Below, piece after piece: positions 46,769-59,299 of a stretch of DNA of 64,000 nt. The DNA is from Podarcis pityusensis (taxonomy: Eukaryota). Below the pieces are notes generated by a model. It searched no databases. It was not told the origin of the DNA and saw only the letters and a list, made by a program, of their open reading frames with translations. A program made the position numbers and the translations under genes. Position 1 is the first letter of the stretch. The number at the start of each line of letters is the position of its first letter. The stretch is from NCBI GenBank assembly GCA_964106645.2, contig OZ067043.1; one strand, 5' to 3'.

Positions 46769-47380
46769 GGAAAGCTTCGTAAGGCCTTATTTCACGGGAG
46801 CAATCAGTTTGCTGAATAGTCGGTTGAAATTGCAGTTCCATCCCAGTAGTCCAGATCGCAATTGTTTCCCATTAAATCAATGCAGTCTGTCTCCCTAAGA
46901 GAGGTAGAATTAATTCTGTCTCATCTCAAACCTCCAGGGGTATGCCTCTTTTATAATAATGGCATACTTTGCCTTAGACTGCTATCTCAGAGATCTGCCT
47001 CCCGCACTTGAAGCAAGATTCCTGCCCCTGAGTGGAAACTGGAGGAAAACAATCATCTTGAAGGAGCACAGGTTGAAATTGCATAGAAATAGGAGAATGG
47101 GCTTTGAGGGTCCTTAATTTCCTTCACTGGCTACGAGTGAATATGAAATTTCTATGAGAGTGAAAATAGGTTAATATGGCTTTTATTAAAGGAACTTTAA
47201 TTTTGCATATTAATGTTGTAGATGTTATGTATTTTATAGATGTTATCCTATAATTTGCGGGAGATTTATATTTTGGGTTGAAACGTAATATCTCGTTGAA
47301 GCAAGCAAGATAAATTATCTGTTGGCTTATCTGTGTTTAAGTTATTGGCATCTTACTATCTTCAAAAAGCATTTGAGAGG

Positions 47381-47386
47381 AATAAA
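47381..47386 (+). terminator. Candidate MED20 polyadenylation signal
   Basis: AATAAA about 610 nt after the stop in an AU-rich 3'UTR; several ATTAAA nearby. Confidence 0.45.
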
Positions 47387-48345
47387 ATGTTTGGGCTTTA
47401 GGTTCATTTCACTGAAGTCTTAGGGCTTAATTCCTCTGCCTTCTTGACTAATGTTTTCTGCTGGAACAGATAAAAGCCCTGACAGTGCAAAACTTGTACA
47501 GAGCAAGATTTCAGTCAAAATCACCAAGGCATCATTATCTTTTGAAGATGATATAAAAAAAATGCATACCTTGAAAGTTCTCAAAAATATTAAGAATGAT
47601 GCTTATTAAAGAAGCTAACATGTTCACCTTATTTTATTTGTTTGTGTTTTAAAACTTATTTGTTATGTTTTGTTACTTCTACAGTTTGTTGTGTTTACTG
47701 CATTTAAAGCTTCCCAAATTAAAAGAAGAAAAAACTAATCTAGGACCCTCTCTTCTTTATTAATGGAGTCCAAATCTTGATAAAGAATTTGGATTGGCTG
47801 TGTAAACCTCCCCCCCTCCCAGCTTTACAATTGCCTCCCCCTTCACCCTGACCTATTTGTGTATTAGCCTGGTATTGTGCTATTCTGTGTAGTAGCAACA
47901 GGCTGTAGGCTTCAGCCCCAGGATCTTTGTAATAGTGTGCAGGTAAGGAAACTTTGTACCTGTGCTCCAGTAATGAAAATTTGTGCCACCTTTGTGCTGA
48001 GATAGCAATACATTTGGTACTGTTGGGCTGGTGCTGTTGAAACCACTACACAGCGTATGACGATTGTGCATGGCACTTGGGGGGGGGGAGCAGAAGGCAG
48101 AGTAGGAGTTATTTGTGGCAAATAAGTGGTTATCATAAGGACTCTGGGAGCATTTCTGCCCATTAACATTGACATTCTTGCCCTGAAATGTGTTGACGGG
48201 GAAGCGGAGTAATTTTTTTGGGAAAGCATATTTTGCTTTAATTTTTGTAGGGAGCATAGAGCAAGTCAGAGTACCAACCACCCTCGGTGATCCAAAACAC
48301 ATTTTGATGAAAAAGGGATGTGCCTTGTGTGAGTGCAGGCAGTTT

Positions 48346-48857
48346 TGGTTCACAGATCACACTAAGCCCAAACATGGCTTACTGCACTCCCAGAGCGGAG
48401 GTGACAGCCATTTTGCCTTAGCTTAGTGTGGCATGGAAGTAAAAAAAGACCTGAGGAGGAGCCAAGTCTGGCTTAGTGTGTTTTCTGTAACTGGGGCCGT
48501 GGTTCAGCTCTCTGCCCAACTAGCCAAAATCGGTAAACCAAGAACAAACCTTGGATAGAGCTCCTGATTAGTGAGGAGAATGCCTTACTACAAGCTTGAG
48601 TTCGATGATGCAGTAAGTCAAACCTTGGCCTAACTCGGTGCAGCTTGAGAGTAAAAGAGACTGGGGAGGAGAAAAGCAGCTATAATAATTTATTATTTAT
48701 ACCCCTCCCATCTGGCTGGGTTTCCCCAGCCACTCTGGGAGGCTCCCAACAGAATATTAAAAACACGATAAAGCATCAAACATTAAAAACTTCCCTAAAT
48801 AAGCCATACATTCCCTGATAAGCCATACTTTGGCTTACTATGACATGCAAATCAGGC
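48346..48857. mobile_element. PIF/Harbinger-like MITE remnant containing an L2 tail (related remnant at about 12265-12480)
   Basis: GGTTCACAGATCACACTAAGCC at the left end and TGGCTTACTATGACATGCAAATCAGGC at the right end form degenerate inverted termini. Confidence 0.5.
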
Positions 48858-49906
48858 TGCTGTGTGCGGGAGGCGGGGGGGGGGCGGAGAGAGAGAAGCC
48901 CAGAATGTGGTTTGCCATAGTGATTCCTTGTTTTTCAATACAGCACTGGAAAAATCAAACACTTCTCTTTCCTTCGCCCCAACTTAACTGAGTGAAGAGT
49001 GCATGGTAGCAACTGCTTTTCATTTCTGCCCATATATGGATTCTGCTGCAAGTTCAAAATGTAAACTCTGAAAATGTAGTGCCTTTACTGCATGTGAGGC
49101 AGAATGTTTAATTTACAGGATTGGAAGGGGACTTTTTTGGAGAGTCAGAGGGGGAAATGCTGTATTCCTGGTCTGAACAAAATGCAAATAGTGCTTTTTG
49201 GATCCAGGTGCATTGAATTGTATGTTAACCTTTCTCCCAACTTATGTGCAGATTGATCATTTAAAAGAAAGATATTGTTAATCAGAATTTGCATTTGGGC
49301 AAAGTTGTAAAAATTATATAAAACATCTATTCTGAAAAAAGAAAGTTATAAGTTTGACTGGAAAATATTTACTTTGACTTGCAGCACTAATTATATTTGA
49401 TCCATTGACCTCCAGCTGCTAGGAAACATTAGAACTATACAAATAATAAGGAAATACAATGATCACTGTTATTCACTGCCTACAAAGAAATTCTGCCAAA
49501 GCTATTAATTACATATGATTTTTATTGGTAGGCAATCATTTCTTAAGCCTGCATATCTAAACATTAAGGCACTTAGAAAAGCTTCTTGGTATTTTCAATC
49601 CAATCCATTGGCTATGAGCCCAGAAAGATCTGACAAGTTGATTCATAACATGTGCAGAAAATGGTTTGTACTGCAAGTAAATTTAACATATTAATAACCA
49701 AATTGAACCTGATCTATGAACTATACTTCATTTGACTTTAATAAGTTTTGATTCCCATGCTTACTGATTAACTGCAGTGGGTAAGTTCAAGGCTCAGACC
49801 TTTGGCTTGTTGATGTTCTGCCTTTTAAAGGAGTTAACATAAGCCTCTGTTCTAAAATGTGTTTGCGTGGGGAGGGAGGGAGGAGAAACATTAGCTTCTG
49901 TGAGAT

Positions 49907-50632
49907 GGGCTTGGGCGATGTATCAATATATCGCCCAGGACCAGTATGAGGAGTTGGTTTCACTCAGTGGTATATCACTGCTTCTGAGTCCCTCTGCTAG
50001 CAGCGCAACTTCATCCAGGGGGTGCTGCTAGCAGAGGGACTCAGAAGAGCGGTGGTTTCACCAGCGATATACCGCTGAGTGAAAAAGACTTCGCAGTCTG
50101 CCCTCATACGGGGCAGAGGGAGAGACAAGCTGCATTTAAAAGAGCCCCCAGTCCGGCGCTGGCTTGCCAAAGCCGGCAGTGGGGTGGGGGCTCTGTGAAA
50201 CCGTCCCCCCCATCAGAGCAACCACGACGCTTCAACAGCATCGTATTGCTCAGCTGGGGGGGGCTTTTTCTACACAACAGCTGCGCGAAGCCTTATGCTA
50301 CTGTGGCGTCGCATTGCTCAGGTGGGTGGAAGAAGCCTCCCCCCACCCCATCTGAGCAGTCTGATGCTGTTGAGGCATCAGGGCTCGCTCAGCTGGGGGG
50401 AGGGAGAGCCCCCCCCAGCTGAGTAGCGGCCTGGGCCAGCTACATTGGCCCTAGCCTGCGAGGCACTGGGGTGAAAGGGCCCCAGCTCTGGTGGCGAAAG
50501 GTGCGGCACTTTCACCCTGCATCTACCTGGCTGGGGCCAACGCAGCTTGTTTCAACATCGTGGTATAGCGCCAAACCGCAATGTGGCTGGTGAAACATCA
50601 TGATGTTTAACATCTAACACCGCCCAGCAGTA
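49907..50632. mobile_element. GC-rich hAT-like non-autonomous element with internal hairpins
   Basis: Termini GGGCTTGGGCGATGTATC ... CACCGCCCAGCAGTA; perfect 24-bp internal inverted repeat 49981-50004 / 50024-50047. Confidence 0.65.
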
Positions 50633-51338
50633 CTATAAGTGTTATGAATAAGCCAGAATGTGTAGGATTGGGACCTTACTTGTCAAAAATCAAGCTTTCT
50701 CACCAAGCTGGTTTTTGTAAATAAACACCAAGGGACACATTCAGCTACATCAGAGTTTGGAAGTGTTTGAAGAAAGCAGATTTATATACCCACATGTATT
50801 TATTTAAAAGCATTTCTAAACCACTTCATGTTTTTAAAATCTCGTTAAGTGTATACTGTGAGGGAACATGATAGGAAATCTTCAAATACCTGAAGGGCTG
50901 TCACATAGGAAAGGGTAAAGGTGTGGTCTCTGCTATGCTAGAACACAGCACAATATTTAATGGGACTTCAGCTAGAGGAGGATGGCTTACCTAAGTGCTT
51001 TTCTACTCTTAAGATTCTGCTTGTACTCAGACTTCTAGCCATATTTAAATGAATGCTTAAATAAATAAATAAATAAATAAATAAGCAAGCAAGCAAGCTT
51101 TTTATAAGAAATATAACAAACTCGCAGACCATCCAAGTGTCCCTGTCTTCCAGGGACAGTCTTAGATTTGATCCAAGGTCCCGATTTTCACTGGAAAAAT
51201 GTTGGAAGATATGGAGTTATCCAATACCTGAGCCATCTGAAGGCAGTCCTGCATAGGGAAGGGGTTTTTTATTGTTTAATGTTTTATTATGTTTTTATAT
51301 ATATTGGAAGCCACCCAGAGTGGCAGGGTATAAATAAA

Positions 51339-51365
51339 ATGATGATGATGATGATGATGATGATG
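51339..51365. repeat. (ATG)n microsatellite
   Basis: Nine ATG units following an L2 tail. Confidence 0.9.
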
Positions 51366-53079
51366 GAATGGGCTGTTGCTATTTTCACTGGAGAAACATT
51401 GGAAGGTATGAAATTGCCAAATGATATTTGTGAGGCTATATAATCAACACAGGAAAAGAGAAACTGTATTTTATTCAAGGCCTTGACCCGAGTTGGTAAC
51501 CAAGTTTACAGCTAGCATTATTTTGGTTGATTTCAGGCAAGGGTTACTAATTAATGTTCATATCCAAGCAGCTAATGTCCCAATACTTTCCCCTTGAGAA
51601 GTATAATGAGATGTGTGGAACTGGCCTCCATTTTTCAGATATAGCACTGACTATCCTTGCTCATTTGAAAAATCTGTTACTGTCAGGTACACTGAAGGAA
51701 GCCCTCAGTGTAGAGATATTCTGGTAAAACTTCTCACATACTTCAAGGCCCTAGGAAAAGCCATTTAACTGCCACTAAACTGTCACAACTCATAAATTAC
51801 ACCCTCTCAGCCCTTCCCCTTGGATAAAACATTATGCAAATAAGTCTGGGGGTTTCTTAAGTTTGTTTGTTTTGCCTGTGACCACATACAGTAGTAAAGT
51901 TTGCTTTATTTAAAATATTGATAACGTTCTCCCATATGGTATAAATGCAAAATTATGTCACTAAATTGTATTTTAAAAATACAAAAGTAAGCAGCATTAC
52001 TTTAAAATCATCCGTTACAGTTTTTCAGCAGCATGTCTAATGAAAACATGCAAATAAAAAGACACTTGAGAGGTTTCTTAAAGCCTTTTTGAATGTTCTG
52101 CATATAACTGGATTTTCTTGCCTTCATCCTTTGATGGCACTGCATCAAACTAAGCGCTGGTGGGTTCTGCAAGCATTCCTTTACCATAAGGGAAGATGCT
52201 ACTATTGAATAAGTCTGAGGGGGATATTTGAAAGCAATTGGCACATAGAGCATTCTAGAATTGGAAGAAAACATGGGACAGCAACTCTCAACTGTTCACT
52301 GCAAAAACAGGCTGCAGGTCTCCCCCACCCTCAATTCAGTCCTCAGTAGGGGGGCTGGTTCTAATTTAGAGACCTACACTTAGTCTTGCCACATTTCTAT
52401 TTCAAAATTACCAGACCCTGGGTTAGAACTTTGATATGGGGGAGGAAGAGAGCTGGACTGTTCCCAAAGTGGAGCTACCACAAAGCATGCCATGGCGTGA
52501 TGGAAGCTGGCAGGTCAGTGATAGAAACTGACCAATTGTGGATAAAGCTTAGTGAAATCTAAGCAGGAGTCTGGCGAGGGTCTAAATCAAAACCCTTTGT
52601 TGGGCCAGAACAGCAAAGCAATGGTGTTTGTGTGTGTATGAGAGAGTGTTTAATGTGACAAGTGAAATAGCCTACAGCAGGCAACTATAATTAGCCAAAT
52701 CATAGTAGGGGGAAACTACCCCAGATCAGATCACTTCTGTGCATTCTTTTGCATATTGTCTATTGCACACTATATGAATCTTTGTGTGAACAAACCCTTA
52801 GATGAGCTATCGGCTTTGGGTACGGGGAGAGATTTCGGCTGCCTTGCAGAAATAGAGGCAGATATTAGAATCAGCTTTTGTAATGTAATTAAAATTAACA
52901 CACAAAAAACAACCCTAAAAACCTTCCCCGATGCTTTTTTAAAAAATGAACGGGCTAGAAAGGCTGCCTGCTCTTCATCTCCTGTTATAGAAACAGAAAC
53001 TAAATCATGCCGCCTCGTGTACAATGGTGACTGAATTAAAAAAAACCCTTAAATTTCCACAAAGGACTTGCGCTTCCCT

Positions 53080-53520
53080 GAAACCTCCGGCAGTCGGTTC
53101 TTTTCGCCCCCCCCCCCCCGCATCCCCGCCTTCCTGTCCATAATTTTGGTCGTTGCCGTGGCAGCCGAGAATAAGGGGCGGGGCCAGGCCTGAAGAAGGC
53201 GACGAAACTACGCCTCCAGTCTACGAGTACCCATTGAGAAGGGGGACGAGGCCCCAGGAATGCGTCCACCTTGCCGGGCCAGTCACTCTTAGATCTTTGG
53301 GAGTGAGGGCGGAATCCCCCGCCCCTAGAAATGTTAGAGTCGCAGATGATCGCCGTCCTTCTTGCCATTGCCGATCAAGGATTGAGCTGGCTTTCCCACT
53401 CTTAACTGCCAATACAAATCGTTAGGTTTTTCACAAAGACCGCAGAGGTCCTTTCGCTCCCCTGCCCCCTTTAGAACCAGGCGACTTCTTGCATTAGAAC
53501 CAGGCGACTTCTTTGCTCTC
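53080..53520. promoter_or_regulatory. Small CpG-rich promoter-like patch
   Basis: Local CpG enrichment, GC boxes (GGGGCGGGGC ~53175, CCCCGCCCC ~53317), CCAAT ~53409. Confidence 0.4.
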
Positions 53521-53863
53521 TCTCAGCCTTTGGAGTTCAGTCAGAGTGACAAGAGAAGCTGGGCTGGCATACTTTCTTCCCTCAAGTGTCGTTTTTTTTG
53601 GGGGGGGGGACCAGCTTATTCGCTTGTTGTTATGCTACATTAAACATTTCCACTACTGCTCCAGAGCTCAAAAGGTTTGTATCCCGGCATTTTTTAAAAA
53701 AAGTTTTAAAAATCCATAGCGTGTTTAAAAAGCAAAACATGTTAACAGCAGGCCCAGTAAACACAAGTCAGAAAGTGCACCCTAAAACTTTGCAGGTTAC
53801 AGGGTGTATTTCTTGCTGGGCAACTTGAAAAGAACAGTAACTGCCTGGGAGTTGGAATACGCA

Positions 53864-53881
53864 AACACACACACGCACGCG

Positions 53882-53927
<46 letters not shown>
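53864..53927. repeat. Compound (CA)n(CG)n(CA)n microsatellite; a second one at about 55234-55287
   Basis: Uninterrupted alternating purine-pyrimidine tract. Confidence 0.95.
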
Positions 53928-53930
<3 letters not shown>

Positions 53931-55782
53931 CCCTTTGGAGCAGGGGCAGGCCTTTAAAAGTTAGGTTTCTTATGGCTCCTAATAAACTGCTACCAAGGAT
54001 CTGAAAAATGCTCAGTAAAATCCACAGTGCGCTTATAAACATGCTCAAAATCAAAGAGGTACTTACCAATCCTACCATTCCTGGTTATGGAACATTTATC
54101 TGATTCTTATTAGTTTGTGATTCCATGCACATATTATATGTCTTCTGTTAAAGAATTTTGATATAGTACAGTATAGTGTTATAAAAATATTGTCAGTATA
54201 TTATTAGCCAACGTGTAGCTTGTCGTTCAAAATCAAAGAGGTGACTGACAATGCCCTGACTTGGTTAGCCTAAAGGAGCTTATCTTCATGGATGGCCACC
54301 TCACATCTTTTGGCACCCCTGAAGTGGCATTGTTAGGGAATGGCCAATGAAGGTCATGCTGAAGTCTTTTGCTGCAGGCCCTGTCTGAAAACAAGCTTGC
54401 ATCCAATGTAGCGCTAAGTAACTGTCCTGCCTGGAAAAGAATTTATGCTTGTGTGATAAGACTTCTCCTCACTTGAGTACTCTGCATGCTCCCCAGATCT
54501 GCTCCAAAGAACCTAAAGAACCACCAGAGCTGTTTTAGGGGAACCAGTCAGGGTAGGGGAGAAAGTCCTGTTGCACAACTGTAGGTCCTTGCACTGACAG
54601 AAGAGTTGTTTAGCGCTGCACTGGATACATTACATTTTAATACTCTGCTAATATGGCAGAAGAATGTCATGTGGGTGGAATTCCAACCACCTGTTACCTT
54701 AATTTTCCAGAGGCACCAATGCATATGCAAAATGTACACCATTTTGGGTCATGAATCTGTGAGTGGAGTCCCTGCATTCTTGTTACCTCACATGGTTCTT
54801 GTGAGTTTTGGATTCACTGGAGCTACCACCACTTTATCTAGTCTGTATCATGAGGGACTTTTGCCCTGTGCGTGCAAAGAGTAAAGTTTATCCATTTGAT
54901 GACTGGCAATCGTGACCTATCTTTTCTTGCTTTGAGGCCTCAGACAATGTAGGGCATATTGACACATCCCATGGGTCATATCTCGATCCTGAGCCGTTTG
55001 TTTTAAACAGCAGAATAATGCTTTAGTGTTATGAAGTGTCTCCTCCAAATAAAAATCAGTTCCTTTAATTTCTGATCTATTCTGTCAAATTATTCACCTC
55101 TGTGTAAAACTGTGGCACTTTGATGGCATGAGAAGCAGTTGTGTTCCCCAGCTGTATCACCTCACTCTGAGTTTTCTGCTTAAGGTGACCCCCCCATCTT
55201 TTGTCTTTTGTATCTGCTGAGGCAATTCATGCTGCACACACACGCACGCACGCGCGCACACACACATACATACACACACACACACACAAAAGTTTATGTA
55301 AAACAGCTACTTTCTGCTGTTTCCTGGTTAGTTATTTTTAGAAACCAGCATTCTTAAGACTAAATAAATATGCTGTTTAATAAGTGTAATTTTTAGTAAG
55401 AAGTTAAACCAAGCACTTTTATCTTGATGAAAAAGCAATCCCCGGGGGCTGATCCTGAACATGCCCATAATTTGCGGTGGGGTGGATTTGATCCCTGTTT
55501 CCTGTTGACACCCCTCTCCCACTTTGCCAGCAAAGGTTCAGTTTACTGCCAGTGTTTGCCATTGAAGTGCTTTATTAAACTAATCACTTTTTAACAAATC
55601 TTCCATTCCTACTTCAGTACTTCTCCAGGAGGATTCTCTCGGCCTCCTGGGAGCAGGATCACAGATTTTATCACTACCTGCCATTGTGTTAAAAAGTTGA
55701 AACTGCTCTAAAACTGTGATATTTTAAAAATGTTCTCTGCATATCTGAGAAAACATTTTTAAAGAAGAACAAAAACTTAAAT

Positions 55783-56150
55783 GGGACACAGGTGGTGCTG
55801 TGGTCTAAACCACAGAGCCTACGGCTTGCCGATCAGAAGGTCGGCGGTTCGAATCCCCGCAACAGGGTGAGCTCCCATTGCTCGGTCCCAGCTCCTGACG
55901 ACCTAGCAGTTCGAAAGCACATCAAAGTGCAAGTAGATAAATAGGTACCGCGCTAGCGGGAAGGTAAATGGCGTTTCCGTGCGGTGCTCTGGTTTGCCAG
56001 AAGCAGCTTAGTCATGCTGGCCACATGACCCGGAAGCTGTCTGCGGACATACACCGGCTCCCTCAGCCTATAGAGCGAGATGAGCGCCGCAACCCCAGAG
56101 TCATCTGCGACTGGACCTAACGGTCAGGGGTCCCTTTACCTTTACCCTTT
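55783..56150 (+). mobile_element. Full-length Sauria SINE (tRNA-derived head, BovB-like 3' end)
   Basis: A box TGGTGCTGTGG, B box GGTTCGAATCCC (~55846), body AAAGTGCAAGTAGATAAATAGGTACC, (ACCTTT)n tail. Confidence 0.9.
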
Positions 56151-56384
56151 AAAGACTGAAATAACAGATTTGAAACTGCCCTCTGGCTAATACAGTTTTT
56201 TTTTATTGAACACAACTAGGAATTCAGATTTTTTACTCCGTGCCCTTGGATTTATTTTATCAGCCAACTGAAAGGACCAGAGTGAGTAGAAAGTTTATGA
56301 TTTTTATTCAGGGTGATCTGTGCCCTGAACACCTCACTTCATTAGCCTGTCAATAGTCCTTTCTTCGGCAATCGATCCACAAGT

Positions 56385-56977
56385 GGGTGTGCAAACCCTC
56401 CTTGCATGAATTTCAGCCAAAAAGGAATGCACAACTAGATGCTTTCAAACACTGGCAAAATTTATTTTGGGGTCAAGAAAAGCCCCAAGGAATTTAGACA
56501 AGCAAAGCAATAGTATGGTAACTCAGATGTTACAGAACAAATAAGATATGTCTGGGATATTAAACCTAAATTATTGCTGTAGCTAACCAATTAACATAAA
56601 ATAAAATAAAAATCAGACAGTACACAGAGAAAAAAGCAAGATGTTTCATAGCCTTGATTATTGCTATTGCAGCTGTACTGCTCAGCTGGCAACCTTCATC
56701 ACAGATGGTGGACTATGACAGGAATCTTCACTTCAGTGCCTTGTTTGTGGATGGCGGCATCTCCTATAATCCCTAACTAAGATCTCACAGGGCCATTAGG
56801 CAGCGTCTTTTCAGGTTTCAGATAGATCTCTCCCAACACAACACCCCCACTCCCCCCCAAGTTGGCCTAGCCGCCCCCCCCGCCCTCTAGTTCACATGGC
56901 AACCAGAACTATAATCAGCCTACCATTCACCCTGGGTTAACTTTCAGTTGGCCAATCTTCACACAAGGTTCATTACA
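56385..56977 (-). mobile_element. Possible LTR remnant
   Basis: On the minus strand it starts TGTAATG just after a purine tract (AAGGGGTATGAGAAGTAG), with a CCAAT-like element early and AATAAA (plus TTTATT, 56461) late. No TSD found. Confidence 0.3.
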
Positions 56978-59299
56978 CTACTTCTCATACCCCTTGGAGA
57001 GGGAGTGGAAAGTAAAAGTCTGATCTAGTTGAATTACAGGATCCCGCTGAATTTGCATTATTTTTGTACGCACACGACAGTTCAAATCACAGTTCACATT
57101 CTTCCCCATAACAACCATGGATCTAGCAGTTTGCTGTGGTGCCAAAACATGGACCTGGAGCTCATCAGAATGGTTTCTCAATGGAAATGGTCCAAATCCA
57201 AATTATGAGTCACATCCGTATTCACAAAATGTGCTCCCAAAATCACAGACCCATGACTTCATGTCTCCATCAGAGTGCTAAACCAAGGATCCTAGACCCT
57301 CATGGTTTCTCCCTGGAGGCTTCCCAAATCAGCCATCACTATACATGGATCTAGTCCTTATGTTACCATCACAAAACAAGAATGTAGATCCAGGGCAATT
57401 CCTCTTTCTTATTTTAAAATTGTTACACCATAAAAGTGTACCATCTATTCATAGCTCAAGCCCATCCACACAGATTTCACTGTAAAAATTACAGCTCCAT
57501 CACAGTGTCGTCTGGGCAGCCCAGGACCACCTCCATACACATTGCCCAGGCTTGTGCCCCAGGGAGGTTTAACTTCACCCCAGAGGCACACTCTCAAGAC
57601 AGAAGGATGCCAACAATACAACAAGCACAGTGGCACAATCACATGTATCTGAGACATGGCTCTCTCATAGATGATCGGAGCTTATATCTGTGTGCACAGA
57701 GTGGAGACTAAATTTGAGGATCAAGAAGTAAACCAGGACCAGATGGCAAAACAGTAGGAAGAAACATCAAAAGTCATGACTAAACAATAATCAAGCATAC
57801 AGGAACAAACCAGAGCTCAGGAAGACCTTGTTGCTCAATAAGATTTAATTGCAACAGAAGGTTATAACTCATTCCTTCCCTGGATGATCCAATGGGAAGC
57901 ATGGGTGGATGAAGTAAGTCCAGTGCTAGAAGGTTCTTAATTAAGAAGGCTGCAACAATTGCAACATGCAGTTTAGTGATCCACCACATGGGTCAAAGGA
58001 ACAAGAGCATTCAGGCAACAACACCAGCTGCAGAAGATCAGCCTAGCCACTTTGTTCTGACATTGAAGAAGAACTAATTTCCTTTCTATTCCGTTTACTT
58101 CCATTTACCTTGTGTGTTCTTTTAGTTTCTAGTCCTGATAACAGCTCTAGCTCTTGTTAAAACTGATGTCAGCCGCTTTGGGTGACAATAACAGTCTAAA
58201 AAGTTGCATAAAACAACAAATATATCAATACGAGACACCTGCATACAAGTCTAGCAGCATCGGATATGCTGATGCCATCATCAAGTAAACAGCCTGCTTT
58301 TCCACAATGGGGAGTGATGCAGCAGGTAAGTTCAGGTGCACTGGTCAGAACTCTGCTCAGTGCTGTTGCTATAGGCAGCCATCCCACAAACAAGCTGCTC
58401 CCCACTAAGTATGCAAGGTGGCCCATTGAGGGCAGCTTGCCTAAAGTTTCCCCAAATCTGGAGTAGGGACTGATAACCTATGAATCTGGGTCATACTTTA
58501 GCATCACACCACAAGTTTATAATGCACTTCATAGACATGAATATGATTTGTGGTTTGATGGCAGATAGGGCGGAATTCTATGGGAGGAGGGGAATAAGGA
58601 TCAATAAGGGTCTGCGCCTTTGATCTTTGTTATCTACAACAATGCTAGATCTACAAAAAGCAAAGGAAGCTGTCTTAGTCCATTACAATAATTCCAAAAT
58701 CCAGTTAGGTAATACAGTACCTGGTTGGGACTGACCCAAATATTATCAGAATTACCAGGCTGGATATTAGGGAAATCTAGAGCTGTGGTTTTTATGTTGG
58801 AGTCCATAGAAATGGATGCAAGCAGTGATTTGATAGTGGCTTTGGGAACATTCCATGTGTTATGCTATTCCGGCCATGAAGTGCTGAATCCCTTATATTT
58901 TACAGTATAGTTTGTGGATGAATGAAAGTTGTGATTTAACAACAAATTTGGCATTTGGGGAACCTTTGCATGTTAACTTTAATAATGAAGATCCATGCTT
59001 TTATGTCACAGGAGCATCACAAAGCACTGGATTTCTATACTGCAGTCAACAGATATAGATGTGAGCTGTAATCTGGTAGTAGATTTGCGGGGAGGGCTTC
59101 CACACAAAAATGCTAAGGTCCGATCGGTATAAATCTTGCATTTCTCCCCCCTGAAAGTGCATATTACCACATGCTTTTTTCCCCAGAAAGAATGATTCAT
59201 TGAAAGACGATTTTTCTGAATAAATTTGCCGACACCTCTGCTGCAAAGTTATTCTGTACGATACGTTAATTTCTCCCATTATACATACAAGCATACAAG

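Noticed and set aside
51168-51443. ORF with a poly-Met run
   Set aside because: Translation of an (ATG)n microsatellite at an L2 tail
54045-54242. Direct repeat TCAAAATCAAAGAGGT about 180 bp apart
   Set aside because: The enclosed sequence has no tail, TIR or element signature, so it cannot be supported as a TSD
55783-55870. tRNA-like A and B boxes
   Set aside because: Head of the Sauria SINE; continues into SINE body and tail rather than a tRNA cloverleaf
57117-57640. Formal call of an endogenous rhabdovirus glycoprotein
   Set aside because: Resemblance is limited to short motifs in different frames, several expected cysteines are missing, and no search could be run; kept only as one hypothesis in the findings
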